Below are positions 19,035-28,221 of a stretch of DNA of 64,000 nucleotides, piece by piece (position 1 is the first letter of the stretch; each line of letters begins with the position of its first letter). This stretch comes from Caulobacteraceae bacterium. Its GTDB lineage: Bacteria; Pseudomonadota; Alphaproteobacteria; Caulobacterales; Caulobacteraceae. The position numbers and the translations under genes are program-made. The notes under the pieces were generated by a model. That model worked only from the letters and a program-made list of their open reading frames with translations, made no database searches and was not told the DNA's origin. The stretch spans positions 450,316 through 514,315 of the forward strand of contig CBDICR010000005.1 of assembly GCA_965277425.1 (NCBI GenBank), written 5' to 3'.

Positions 19035-20477
19035 GTGAACCTCTTCACGCGTACGCCATCGTGGCCGGCGGCTCTGGATAGGCCCAAGTCCCTGTCCGGG
19101 CAAGTCGATGGGCTGTTCGACGACGCCTTGCCGTCCCATGGGCGGCTGGGCGGCGGCGTTTTGATCGGCCTGCGCTGGCTGACCCTGGGCGCGGAACTGG
19201 CGGCCGTGCTGGCGGCGGCGGTCTGGCTCGGTCCGCGCGGTGCGCTGGCGGGCTGCCTCGCCGTCATCGCCGCCGCGGCCGGGGTCAACCTCGTTCTGGC
19301 GCTCGTCGTCTCCGCCAGGCATACGTCCGGCGAGTGGACGCTGGCCCTTCAGCTCGGTTTCGACATCGCCCAGATGTCGGCGATCCTCTGTCTGACCGGC
19401 GGCATATTGAACCCCTTCTGTCTGCTGCTGATCGCGCCGGTGACGCTGGCGGCGGCCAGCCTGCGCGGTCGCTACGCCTTTCTTGTCGGCGGTCTGGCGG
19501 CGGCCGCCCTGATCGCGATGAGCTTCTGGTCGCTCGCGCCGCCCTGGCCGTCGATCGCGCCGGCGACCACGCCGCTGTTCTTGCGCCTCGCCATAGCGGC
19601 GGCCACCCTCACCGGCATCGCGCTCACCGGCGGCTATGCCTGGCGCGCCGCGGCGGAGGCCGCGCGCATGGAGCTGGCCCTGAACCTGACCCAAAGGGTG
19701 CTGGCGCGCGAACAGAGGCTTTCGGCCCTCGGCGGCCTGGCCGCCGCCGCGGCGCATGAATTGGGCACGCCGCTCGCCACCATCGCCGTCGTCGCCAAGG
19801 AGATGGCGCGCCAGGCGCCGGCGCACGGCGCGTTGCGCGAAGACGCCGACCTGCTCGTCTCCCAGGCCGAGCGTTGCCGTGAGATCCTCACCCGGCTCAC
19901 CGAGGAGCCGGAGACCGACGACGCCGTGCACGCCCGCATGACCCTGCTGCAGTTCGCCAACGAGGCGATCGCCCCGCACCTGGGCGTCGGCATCCGGGTG
20001 GAAGCCGTCGTCGCCGGGCCGCCTGGCGCGCGACCGCCGGAAATCCGCCGCATGCCCGAGGTGCTGCACGCCATGACCTCGTTCATCGAGAACGCGGTCG
20101 ATTTCGCCAGATCCGAGGTTCTGGTCAGCCTGCGTTTCGATGAGACCCGGGTCGCGGTCGAGGTGCGCGACGACGGCCCCGGCTTCTCGACCGACATCCT
20201 CGCCAAGCTCGGCCAGCCCTATGTGACCAGCCGCCCGGGCGCGGAGGGATCGCGCTCGGGCCATATCGGCATGGGGCTGGGCTTCTTCATCGCCAAGACG
20301 CTTTTGGAACGAACCGGCGCGCAGGTGGATTTCCACAATGCCAGGCATGGCGGCGGCGCCATCATTGCGGCGCGCTGGCCGCGCGTGGCGATCGAAGCGC
20401 CGCCGGCGCCGGGCGGTTTCGAGCTTGGCGTCTTCGATCCGCCTCCGATCGTGGAAGAGGCTCCAAATGGGACTTGA
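19035..20477 (+). CDS. regB: redox-sensing histidine kinase RegB/PrrB/ActS
   Basis: A multi-TM N-terminal domain including the conserved redox-box-like region (GGILNPFCLLLIAPVT). HisKA (AAAAHELGTPLATI) and HATPase domains follow. The GTG start at 19035 is tentative. Located upstream of regA. Confidence 0.8.
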   Translation: MNLFTRTPSWPAALDRPKSLSGQVDGLFDDALPSHGRLGGGVLIGLRWLTLGAELAAVLAAAVWLGPRGALAGCLAVIAAAAGVNLVLALVVSARHTSGEWTLALQLGFDIAQMSAILCLTGGILNPFCLLLIAPVTLAAASLRGRYAFLVGGLAAAALIAMSFWSLAPPWPSIAPATTPLFLRLAIAAATLTGIALTGGYAWRAAAEAARMELALNLTQRVLAREQRLSALGGLAAAAAHELGTPLATIAVVAKEMARQAPAHGALREDADLLVSQAERCREILTRLTEEPETDDAVHARMTLLQFANEAIAPHLGVGIRVEAVVAGPPGARPPEIRRMPEVLHAMTSFIENAVDFARSEVLVSLRFDETRVAVEVRDDGPGFSTDILAKLGQPYVTSRPGAEGSRSGHIGMGLGFFIAKTLLERTGAQVDFHNARHGGGAIIAARWPRVAIEAPPAPGGFELGVFDPPPIVEEAPNGT

Positions 20478-20554
20478 TGCGTGGCGCAAGAGAGCGACAT
20501 CATGCCGCAGGGCCGACGCGTTTCGCAGCCGGCCCGTTCTGGTGAGGAGTCTCC

Positions 20555-21112
20555 ATGCAGGACTTGGCTAACGCGGTGGCCGGGCTCGCCGACAAGAGCC
20601 TGCTCCTGCTCGACGACGACGCCCCGTTCCGCATTCGGCTCGGCCGCGCGCTGGAGTCTCGCGGTTTCGAGCCGGTCCTGGTGGCCTCGATCACCGAGGC
20701 CATGGCCGCGATCAAGCTCAAGGCGCCGGCCTTCGCCGTGCTCGACATGCGGCTGGAGGACGGCAACGGCCTGCAGGTGGTCGAGGCCATCCAGAGCGCC
20801 AGGCCGGACGCCCGGGTGATCATGCTGACCGGCTACGGCGCCATCGCCACCGCCGTCGCCGCGGTCAAGGCCGGCGCGGTCGATTATCTGTCCAAGCCCG
20901 CCGACGCCGACGACGTGCTGCGCGCCCTGCTCGCCCGCCATCACGAGGCGCCAGCGCCGCCGGACAATCCGATGTCGGCCGACCGCGTGCGCTGGGAGCA
21001 TATCCAGCGCGTCTATGAACTGTGCGGCCACAATGTCTCAGAGACCGCGCGGCGCCTCAGCATGCACCGGCGCACCCTGCAGCGGATCCTCGCCAAGCGC
21101 GCGCCGCGCTAA
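20555..21112 (+). CDS. regA: response regulator RegA/PrrA/ActR
   Basis: Receiver domain plus the near-invariant RegA C-terminal HTH (NVSETARRLSMHRRTLQRILAKRAPR). Confidence 0.85.
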   Translation: MQDLANAVAGLADKSLLLLDDDAPFRIRLGRALESRGFEPVLVASITEAMAAIKLKAPAFAVLDMRLEDGNGLQVVEAIQSARPDARVIMLTGYGAIATAVAAVKAGAVDYLSKPADADDVLRALLARHHEAPAPPDNPMSADRVRWEHIQRVYELCGHNVSETARRLSMHRRTLQRILAKRAPR

Positions 21113-21549
21113 GCCAGGCCGAGGGCGCGCGCCGCCGCCAGGCGCGCGAAGCTGAGCGTCAGCGCCTTGCGTCTGGCGGGCGCCAGCGGCGCGATAGGCG
21201 GCTCGACCAGGACGGCGCCGCCAAAGGCGTCGGCGACGATGAGCCCCGGGCCGTCGGCAAGGACATGCCGCGGAAAGGCCGCGTCGACCGCGAAATAGAA
21301 GGCGTCGCAGAAGGGCGCGTACTCTGCCCATTTACGGTCGGTGCGATAGTCGTCCAGCCCCGACTTGACCTCGGCGATGGCGATCTCGCCACGCGGGCCG
21401 AGCGCCATCAGGTCGGCGCGGCGGCCATTGGGCAGGCCGACCTCGGCCAGGGGCGCATAGCCCAGCGCCAGAAAGAGCCGCGCCGCGCCCCGGGTGACGG
21501 CGTTGGTGGTCTCGGGCCGCGTGACGGCGAGGGTGACCTCGGTGTCCAT
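21109..21549 (-). CDS. mmcB: MmcB-family DNA repair protein (PD-(D/E)xK nuclease fold)
   Basis: 146 aa with a PD-(D/E)xK-like motif (DLMALGPRGEIAIAEVK), resembling Caulobacter MmcB. Confidence 0.5.
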   Translation of the reverse strand: MDTEVTLAVTRPETTNAVTRGAARLFLALGYAPLAEVGLPNGRRADLMALGPRGEIAIAEVKSGLDDYRTDRKWAEYAPFCDAFYFAVDAAFPRHVLADGPGLIVADAFGGAVLVEPPIAPLAPARRKALTLSFARLAAARALGLA

Positions 21550-21600
21550 CGACCAAGACTGTTCGGTTTACGTTCCGCTGACAAGCGCCTTTAAAGCCGT

Positions 21601-22173
21601 TCAGGCCGGGGGCTGCTGGTCGTAGATCAGCTGCGCCGTATCAAAACCGAGGCTTTGGGCGCGGGCGACAAGGGTGGCCTTTTCGGCGGCCGGCATAACC
21701 GGATGGCGCGACATGATCCAGAGGTATTTCGAGCTCGGCGTGCTCATGATGCACCAGCTGTTGTCGTCGCCCCGGTCGACGATCCAATAGTCCTGGTGGA
21801 TGAATCCGCCGAAGAAGCCGATGCGGATCTTGGCGTCATGCACCGCATCGATGATCTGTCCCGCCGCGCGCCAGATCTTGGCCGGTCCCGAGGGCGATCC
21901 GACGCGGCAGGTCTGGACAACGGAATAGCCGCCGCCCTGCTGTTTCGACCAGTCGGAGGTGGGCGCCTGACAGTCCTTTTGCAGCTTGTTCGGCAGGCGG
22001 GCGATCTCGTACCAGCGACCGCTATAGACCTTGGGATCGATGGATTTGGTCGGTTGGGGCGCAGGGCCGGGCGCGGCGGTCGCCGCGGCCTGACCTGCAT
22101 AGCACGCCGCCAAAAAAGCGGCTGCAGCCCAAAGATGCGTGGTCTTCTTCGTCACTGGTTCGGCCCACTTCAA
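21601..22173 (-). CDS. blc: bacterial lipocalin Blc (outer-membrane lipoprotein)
   Basis: Signal peptide/lipobox-like N-terminus and the lipocalin SCR1 motif (YSGRWYEIARLP). Lies directly downstream of the diiron paralogs on the same strand, separated by a 65-bp gap. Confidence 0.75.
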   Translation of the reverse strand: MKWAEPVTKKTTHLWAAAAFLAACYAGQAAATAAPGPAPQPTKSIDPKVYSGRWYEIARLPNKLQKDCQAPTSDWSKQQGGGYSVVQTCRVGSPSGPAKIWRAAGQIIDAVHDAKIRIGFFGGFIHQDYWIVDRGDDNSWCIMSTPSSKYLWIMSRHPVMPAAEKATLVARAQSLGFDTAQLIYDQQPPA

Positions 22174-22238
22174 CTGGCTAACCCCTTTCCCCGCCGCGAG
22201 GTTGCGACGGGGAGGGCCGAAATGTCCAGAATCTTTGG

Positions 22239-23369
22239 CTATTCTGCGGCGAGAGCCGAGGGCGCGTTGGTCGAACGGTCCTTGAAGTTGATCGCCTGCA
22301 GGTACTTGATGCCGTCTTCGGCGATGTCGTCGCCGACCATGCGATCGCCCTCGGCCTTCAGCTCGTCCATGTCGACATACATGCCGTAGAAGGCGCGCGT
22401 GCGGTCGGTGATGATGCCGGCGTTGAGCAGGGTCTTGATGAGAACCCGGAAGATGTTGGTGGCTTCCTTCATGTCCTCGCGACGGGCCTCGTCGGTGGCC
22501 ATTTCCTGGAATTCCGCGATCACCTTGTCGGGATCGAGGCCGAATTCCTCATAGAGGTCACGCTGTTCGGAGGGCGCGACCAGGTTGAACAGCAGGGTCT
22601 GGAAGCAATGCGCCGCCCAGTCCTCGATGATGATGTGCTCTTCGGGATTCAGTTTCGGGATGGTCCGGTCGGCCCAGATCTTGCCGAACTTGTGGTGGAA
22701 GGCCTCGTCGGTCATCACCAGCTGCATCAGCTTGCGGCCGAGCGGATCGTTCAGCTTTTGATAGAAGGTGGCGAAGGCGCCCATGGCCAGGCCCTCGACC
22801 AGCATCTGCATGCCGATGATCTTCTTGTAGACCTCGGGCGAAGAGATGATCTCGACCAGGAGGTTCTGCAGCACCGGGCTGCAAGCGACCGGCTTGCCCC
22901 AGCGGGCCTTGATGTACTTGGCGAAGGCGGTGACGTGGCGGGCTTCTTCGCGGGTCTGGTTGGCGGCGTATTCCTGCGCCCCTTGGTCGTAGAGCACATG
23001 GCAGAGCGAGGCCGAAAGGTTCAGCGCGCCCTGTTCGCCGTGCAGGATCGAGGATAGGCTGCGCAGGGTCGACTGGTTGATGAAGCGAATGCGGTCCTTC
23101 GGATCGGACAGGATGTCGGAGACGTATTTGGTGTGCAGCGCGCCCACCATCTCTTCCGGCAGCAGCGCCTCGTTCTCCATGTCGAAGGGCTCGTCGAAGT
23201 CGATGTACTTCTTGTCCAGCGGATCCCAGAAGTGGTCGTGGGTGGCCGAGATGATCTTGTCGAACGCCGTCGAGCGGGCGTTGTAGCGATCAAGCTGCAG
23301 CATGGATTCGAAGTCGTCGGGCGCGACGGCTTCGTACATGGCGTCCTTGGTGATGTTGTGGTCGGTCAT
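22239..23369 (-). CDS. ferritin-like diiron-carboxylate protein, acyl-ACP desaturase/AurF-like (paralog 1)
   Basis: Two E...ExxH half-motifs (GEQGA...TREEARHVTAFAKYI and VEGLAMGAF...TDEAFHHKFG). TREEARH resembles the TAEENRH block of soluble acyl-ACP desaturases. About 75% identical to the adjacent paralog. Confidence 0.55.
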   Translation of the reverse strand: MTDHNITKDAMYEAVAPDDFESMLQLDRYNARSTAFDKIISATHDHFWDPLDKKYIDFDEPFDMENEALLPEEMVGALHTKYVSDILSDPKDRIRFINQSTLRSLSSILHGEQGALNLSASLCHVLYDQGAQEYAANQTREEARHVTAFAKYIKARWGKPVACSPVLQNLLVEIISSPEVYKKIIGMQMLVEGLAMGAFATFYQKLNDPLGRKLMQLVMTDEAFHHKFGKIWADRTIPKLNPEEHIIIEDWAAHCFQTLLFNLVAPSEQRDLYEEFGLDPDKVIAEFQEMATDEARREDMKEATNIFRVLIKTLLNAGIITDRTRAFYGMYVDMDELKAEGDRMVGDDIAEDGIKYLQAINFKDRSTNAPSALAAE

Positions 23370-23494
23370 CCGGGCGGCTCCCTAGAGGGCGCGGCGTGCG
23401 CCCAGACATTGGATTTCAGCAGCAAAATGTGACGCCCAACGTCGCCCGTCAAGAAAAATGACGGGGGCGTCACGAATCTTACAGGAGGTTAATC

Positions 23495-24619
23495 CTACTC
23501 GGCAGCAGCCAGGGCCAGGTTGGCGCGATCCTTGAAATTGATTGCCTGCAGGTACTTGATCCCGTCCGCGGCGATGTCGTCGCCGACCATCTTGTCGCCC
23601 TCGGCGTCCAGTTCCTCCATGTCGACATAGGTCGCATAGAAGCCGCGGGTGCGCTCGCTGATCAGGCCGGCGTTGAGCAGGGTCTTGATGAGCACGCGGA
23701 AGATGTTGGTCTGGCTCTTCAGCCGTTCGCGGCGCTTCTCGTCGGTGGCCAGGGCGCGCAGGCCCTCCATCACCTTCTCCGGATCAAGGCCGAAGTCGCG
23801 ATAGATGGCCGCCTGCTGGTTGGGCGAGCCCATGTTGAACAGCAGCGACTGAAAGCAGTGCGCCGCCCAGTCCTCGACCATGTTGCGCTCTTCGACGCTC
23901 ATCTTGGGCACCGTGCGGTCGGCCCAGATCTTGCCGAACTTGTGATGGAAGGCCTCGTCGGTCATCACCAGCTGGAACAGTGTCTTGGCGAGCGGGTCGC
24001 GGTTGAACTGATAGCCCGCGGCGAAGGCGCCCATGGCCAGACCCTCGACCAGCATCTGCATGCCGATGATCTTCTTGTAGACCTCCGGCGCCTCGATGAT
24101 GTCGATCAGCAGGGCCTGCAGCACCTGGCCGCAAGGCCGCGGACGGCCCCAGCGCGACTTGATGTACTTGGCGAAGGCGGTGACGTGGCGCGCTTCCTCG
24201 CGGGTCTGGTTGGCGGCGTATTCCTGCGCGCCTTGATCCTTCAGCACGTGGCAGAGCGAGGCCGAGAGGTTCAGCGCGCCCTGTTCGCCATGCAGGATCG
24301 AGGAGAAGTTCCACAAGGCCATCTCGTTGATGAACTTGACCTTCTGACCGGTCCTTTCGAGGTGCTCGAGCACATAGGGCACGTTGAGCGACATCACCTG
24401 GTCGTCGGGCAACACAGCCTGGGTTTCCATATCGAAAGGTTCGTCGAAATCGATATAGCGCTTGTCGAGCGGGTCCCAGAAGTGGTCGTGGGTGGCCGAG
24501 ATGATCTTGTCGAAGGCCGTCGAGCGCGCGTTGTAGCGGTCCAGCTCCAGCATGGATTCGAAGTCGTCCGGCGCCACCGCGTCGTACATGATGTCCTTGG
24601 TGATGTTCTGAATGGTCAC
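23495..24619 (-). CDS. ferritin-like diiron-carboxylate protein, acyl-ACP desaturase/AurF-like (paralog 2)
   Basis: Same motifs as paralog 1 (EQGALNLSASLCHVL, REEARHVTAFAKYI, GMQMLVEGLAMGAF, DEAFHHKFG). It is the upstream member of the tandem pair. Confidence 0.55.
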   Translation of the reverse strand: MTIQNITKDIMYDAVAPDDFESMLELDRYNARSTAFDKIISATHDHFWDPLDKRYIDFDEPFDMETQAVLPDDQVMSLNVPYVLEHLERTGQKVKFINEMALWNFSSILHGEQGALNLSASLCHVLKDQGAQEYAANQTREEARHVTAFAKYIKSRWGRPRPCGQVLQALLIDIIEAPEVYKKIIGMQMLVEGLAMGAFAAGYQFNRDPLAKTLFQLVMTDEAFHHKFGKIWADRTVPKMSVEERNMVEDWAAHCFQSLLFNMGSPNQQAAIYRDFGLDPEKVMEGLRALATDEKRRERLKSQTNIFRVLIKTLLNAGLISERTRGFYATYVDMEELDAEGDKMVGDDIAADGIKYLQAINFKDRANLALAAAE

Positions 24620-24787
24620 GAGCGCGTTTCCTCCGCTAGGTGATCAGTGTCCACTTATGGCTGGCGCACGTCAACGGATGCTGAATAGATCCGGCTTCGA
24701 CGGTGTCGACGTCCGCGCCGGACGCCGCGAACCGGCGGTCCCATGCGCCGGCGCCCGGCCGATCAGCGCCTCAACCGGTCGCGGCGG

Positions 24788-25366
24788 CTATTCATCCGGC
24801 ATGAGGATGTGCGGCGCCTCGGGCGGGCGGACCTCGAACAGGCCGATGTCCAACGGTTGTTGCGGCTTCAAGGGCCGCAGCGGCTCGCCAAGACGCTCGC
24901 GCAGCGCCTTGGCGTCCAGCGCAGCGGTCTTGCGGGCCGCGCGCGGGACCGTGGCCGGCTCGGCCTCGAGCACCGGATGGGCGACGGCCACGCGCCAGTA
25001 GCGGATCGACAGCCGCCACACGGTCGGCCGCGGCGCGGCGGGTTTCGGCCAGCGGCGGCCGTCGCGATAGATCGGCCTCACGACGGGCTTGGGCGCGATC
25101 GGCCCCGCGGCCAACTCGATCAGCGCGCAGTAGCGGTCTTCGGGATCGATGGTCGCCCGATGCTCCGGCCGCTCGTCGTCCAGCCGGCCGGCATAGGCGT
25201 CGAGCGCGGCCGCGCGACTGTCGAAGGCCGCCCCCGTCGCCTCGCTGACGAACTCCACCTCGGCGCCCGCCAACGCCTGCGCCTCGCTCGCCCGCGCGGC
25301 TCTGGCCATGGGCGCGGAAAGCGCCGCCTCGGCGGTCTGCGCCACGGGATAGCGGATCGCGGTCAT
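24788..25366 (-). CDS. hypothetical protein
   Basis: 192-aa ORF with no recognisable domain. Upstream of the diiron paralogs on the same strand and divergent from the PAS histidine kinase. Confidence 0.35.
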   Translation of the reverse strand: MTAIRYPVAQTAEAALSAPMARAARASEAQALAGAEVEFVSEATGAAFDSRAAALDAYAGRLDDERPEHRATIDPEDRYCALIELAAGPIAPKPVVRPIYRDGRRWPKPAAPRPTVWRLSIRYWRVAVAHPVLEAEPATVPRAARKTAALDAKALRERLGEPLRPLKPQQPLDIGLFEVRPPEAPHILMPDE

Positions 25367-25502
25367 GGCCTATCCTGCCTTAGATATAGGCGGGTTTCGA
25401 GGCCGATCGGAGTCCCGCGCGCCGCCTCTCCCCTTGCGTCGTCTCAAGGGGCTATGCTGTCGCCATGATTCTGCCCGCGCGGACGCTCCGGGAAACGCCG
25501 GA

Positions 25503-27833
25503 TTGACTGGACAGCCCGACCTCGTCCTGGCCGCGGCGATCGGCGCGCTGTGCCTGGCCTTGGCCGCCAGCCTCTGGGCCGTCTCGGTGCGCCGCCGCGC
25601 CGACCAGCGCGTGGCGGCGGCCAGCGAGCGGCTGGCTCGCCTGGAGGGCCTGGCGGACGCCACCCAGGCCTCGGCCGAGGCCTTCGACAGCGCCATGCTG
25701 ACGGTGGAGGACGGCCACGCCGAACTGGCCTGGGGCGGCGACAGCCTGGCCCTGGCCGCTGGCGTGCTCGGCGTCGAAGAGACCCGCGCCGGCGCCGATC
25801 CGCAGGCCGTGATCGAGGCCCTGATGGCCGCCGACCCCGACCATCGCCGCCGGTTGCGCGCCCTGTTCGAGACCGGCCAGGCCTGCGCCTTCCAGGCGCG
25901 CGGACCGGGCGGCACGGTCGCGGTCGACGGCCGCGCCTCTGGCGCGCTGGCCTGGCTGCGACTGCAGCCGGACCTGCCCAATGACGGCGGCCTGCCCCCG
26001 GCCACGCGGCTGGCCGCCCTGATCGACGCCCTGCCCCATCCCGCCTGGCTGGTCCAGGGCGGCGCGCTGATCTGGGCGAACCAGGCCTGGCTGACGGCGG
26101 TCGAGGCCGGTTCGATGGAAGACGCCATCGCCCGAAAGCTGGTTTTCGATCGCAGCGCCAACGCGCTGGTCGCCGAGGCCGGCCAGCTCGACGAGCGCCG
26201 CGAGGTGCAGCGCTGGACGCCGGTGAAGGGCCAGAGGCGCGCCTTCCGCCTGACCGCCCAACCACTCGACGGCGGCGATATCGGCGCCTGGGCGCTCGAC
26301 GTCACCGAGACCGAGGAGACGCGCGAGGCGCTCAAGCGGCATATCGAGGCGCACGATGAGACCTTGAACCATCTGGCCGACGCCGTGGCGATCTTTGATT
26401 CGGCCAAGCACCTGGCCTTCCACAACACCGCCTTCGCCCAGCTATGGGGTCTGGAACCGGCCTGGCTGGCGGAAGCGCCCAGCCATGCCGAGCTGCTCGA
26501 TCGCCTGCGCCAGCGCCGGCGCCTGCCGGAGACGGCGGACTATGGGCGCTGGAAGAGCGACGAACTCGGCTGGTACGAGGCGCTCAGCCCCTCGCCGGAC
26601 GACCTGTGGACCCTGCCGGACGGGCGCACCCTGCGCGTCGTGCGCCAGCCGCATCCGCTCGGCGGCCTTTTGCTGCTCTTCTCCGACATGACCGGCGAGC
26701 TCAGACTGAAGGCCCAGTACAACGCGCTGATCCAGGTGCAGCAGGCCACGCTGGACAAGCTCAACGACGCCGTGGCCGTGTTCGGCTCCGACGGGCGCCT
26801 GCGTCTGTACAACGACGCCTTCGCCCGGTTCTGGAACGTCACCACCACGACGCTGGACGAAGCCTACGACTTCGACGGCGTGGTCGAGATGTGCGTGCCG
26901 CGCCTGCACGACCAGCAGTTCTGGCGCGAGCTGAAGGGCCGGGTGACCGATCCGGATCCCAGCGCGCGCATCCCGATCAGCGGCGAAACCAAGTCGTCGG
27001 ACGATCGCATCATCGCCTTCCAGTCGCGGCCGCTGCCGGACGGCGCCACCCTGGTCGCCTTCGCCGACATCACCGACACCCGAAGGCTGGAGGGCGCGCT
27101 GCGCGACCGCGAGGCGACGCTGGCCGAGGTCGAGCGGCTGAAGCGCGATTTCGTCGGCAACGTATCCTATGAGCTGCGCACGCCGCTCACCACCATCATC
27201 GGCTATTCCGAACTGCTCGAGCGCAGCGGCGACGCCCTGCCCGAGCGGGCGCGCGGCCACGTCTCGGCCGTGCGCGCGGCGGCCAACCAGCTGGCGCGGT
27301 CGATCGACGACGTGCTCGACATGGCGCAGATGGACGCTGGCGAAATGGCCCTCGACCTGGGCGACGTGCACATCAAGACCCTGCTCGACGAAGCGGCCGC
27401 GCGCTGGGCCAGGGAGGCGTCCACCGGCGAGATCAGGATCGAGGTGGCCTGCGACGGCGAAATCGGCGTCATCCGCGCCGACGCCCACCGGCTGGCGCAG
27501 AGCATCGATCACCTGGTGGAAAACGCCCTGATGCAGACCCCGGCCGGCGGCCAGGTGACCTTGAGCGCCCGGCGCGCGCCGAGCGAGGTGCAGATCCAGG
27601 TCTCCGACACCGGGCGGGGGATCGCCTTCCACGTCCAGGCGCACATCTTCGACCGCTTCGTCGGCCGCGACCGCGGCGGCCCCGGCCTGGGCCTGGCCCT
27701 GGTCAAGGCGCTGATCGAGCTGCACGGCGGCTGGGTGGCGCTGGAGAGCGAGCCAGGCCAGGGCGCGACCTTCACCTGCCACCTGCCGGAGACGGCCTAT
27801 GCCGGGGCGGCGCAGGTGGAACTGGAGTTCTAA
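25503..27833 (+). CDS. membrane-anchored PAS-domain sensor histidine kinase (PhoR-type HisKA), orphan
   Basis: A TM helix (LVLAAAIGALCLALAASLWAV) lies right after the proposed TTG at 25503. PAS-like repeats, a HisKA domain (FVGNVSYELRTPLTTIIGYSELLE) and an HATPase domain (GRGIAF...GGPGLGLALVKALIELHGG) follow. The ORF-track start at 25365 would overlap the divergent gene, so the downstream start was chosen. No adjacent response regulator. Confidence 0.75.
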   Translation: MTGQPDLVLAAAIGALCLALAASLWAVSVRRRADQRVAAASERLARLEGLADATQASAEAFDSAMLTVEDGHAELAWGGDSLALAAGVLGVEETRAGADPQAVIEALMAADPDHRRRLRALFETGQACAFQARGPGGTVAVDGRASGALAWLRLQPDLPNDGGLPPATRLAALIDALPHPAWLVQGGALIWANQAWLTAVEAGSMEDAIARKLVFDRSANALVAEAGQLDERREVQRWTPVKGQRRAFRLTAQPLDGGDIGAWALDVTETEETREALKRHIEAHDETLNHLADAVAIFDSAKHLAFHNTAFAQLWGLEPAWLAEAPSHAELLDRLRQRRRLPETADYGRWKSDELGWYEALSPSPDDLWTLPDGRTLRVVRQPHPLGGLLLLFSDMTGELRLKAQYNALIQVQQATLDKLNDAVAVFGSDGRLRLYNDAFARFWNVTTTTLDEAYDFDGVVEMCVPRLHDQQFWRELKGRVTDPDPSARIPISGETKSSDDRIIAFQSRPLPDGATLVAFADITDTRRLEGALRDREATLAEVERLKRDFVGNVSYELRTPLTTIIGYSELLERSGDALPERARGHVSAVRAAANQLARSIDDVLDMAQMDAGEMALDLGDVHIKTLLDEAAARWAREASTGEIRIEVACDGEIGVIRADAHRLAQSIDHLVENALMQTPAGGQVTLSARRAPSEVQIQVSDTGRGIAFHVQAHIFDRFVGRDRGGPGLGLALVKALIELHGGWVALESEPGQGATFTCHLPETAYAGAAQVELEF

Positions 27834-27883
27834 AGGCGGCTTTCGTCGCTCCCGCCTGGCGCGGGCGATCGCCGTCCTGAAGC

Positions 27884-28204
<321 letters not shown>

Positions 28205-28221
28205 CTACGCCTCGCACACCC

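Noticed and set aside
18999-20489. N-terminal 500 aa of the 698-aa minus-strand ORF containing SenC
   Set aside because: Low-complexity Arg/Gly-rich sequence antisense to regB. SenC begins at the internal Met (18998), which has a TM helix immediately after it.
25370-27782. Minus-strand ORFs 25370-26428, 25452-26423 and 26442-27782 opposite the PAS histidine kinase
   Set aside because: Arg/Pro/Gly-rich translations with no motifs. The plus-strand product has complete HisKA/HATPase domains.
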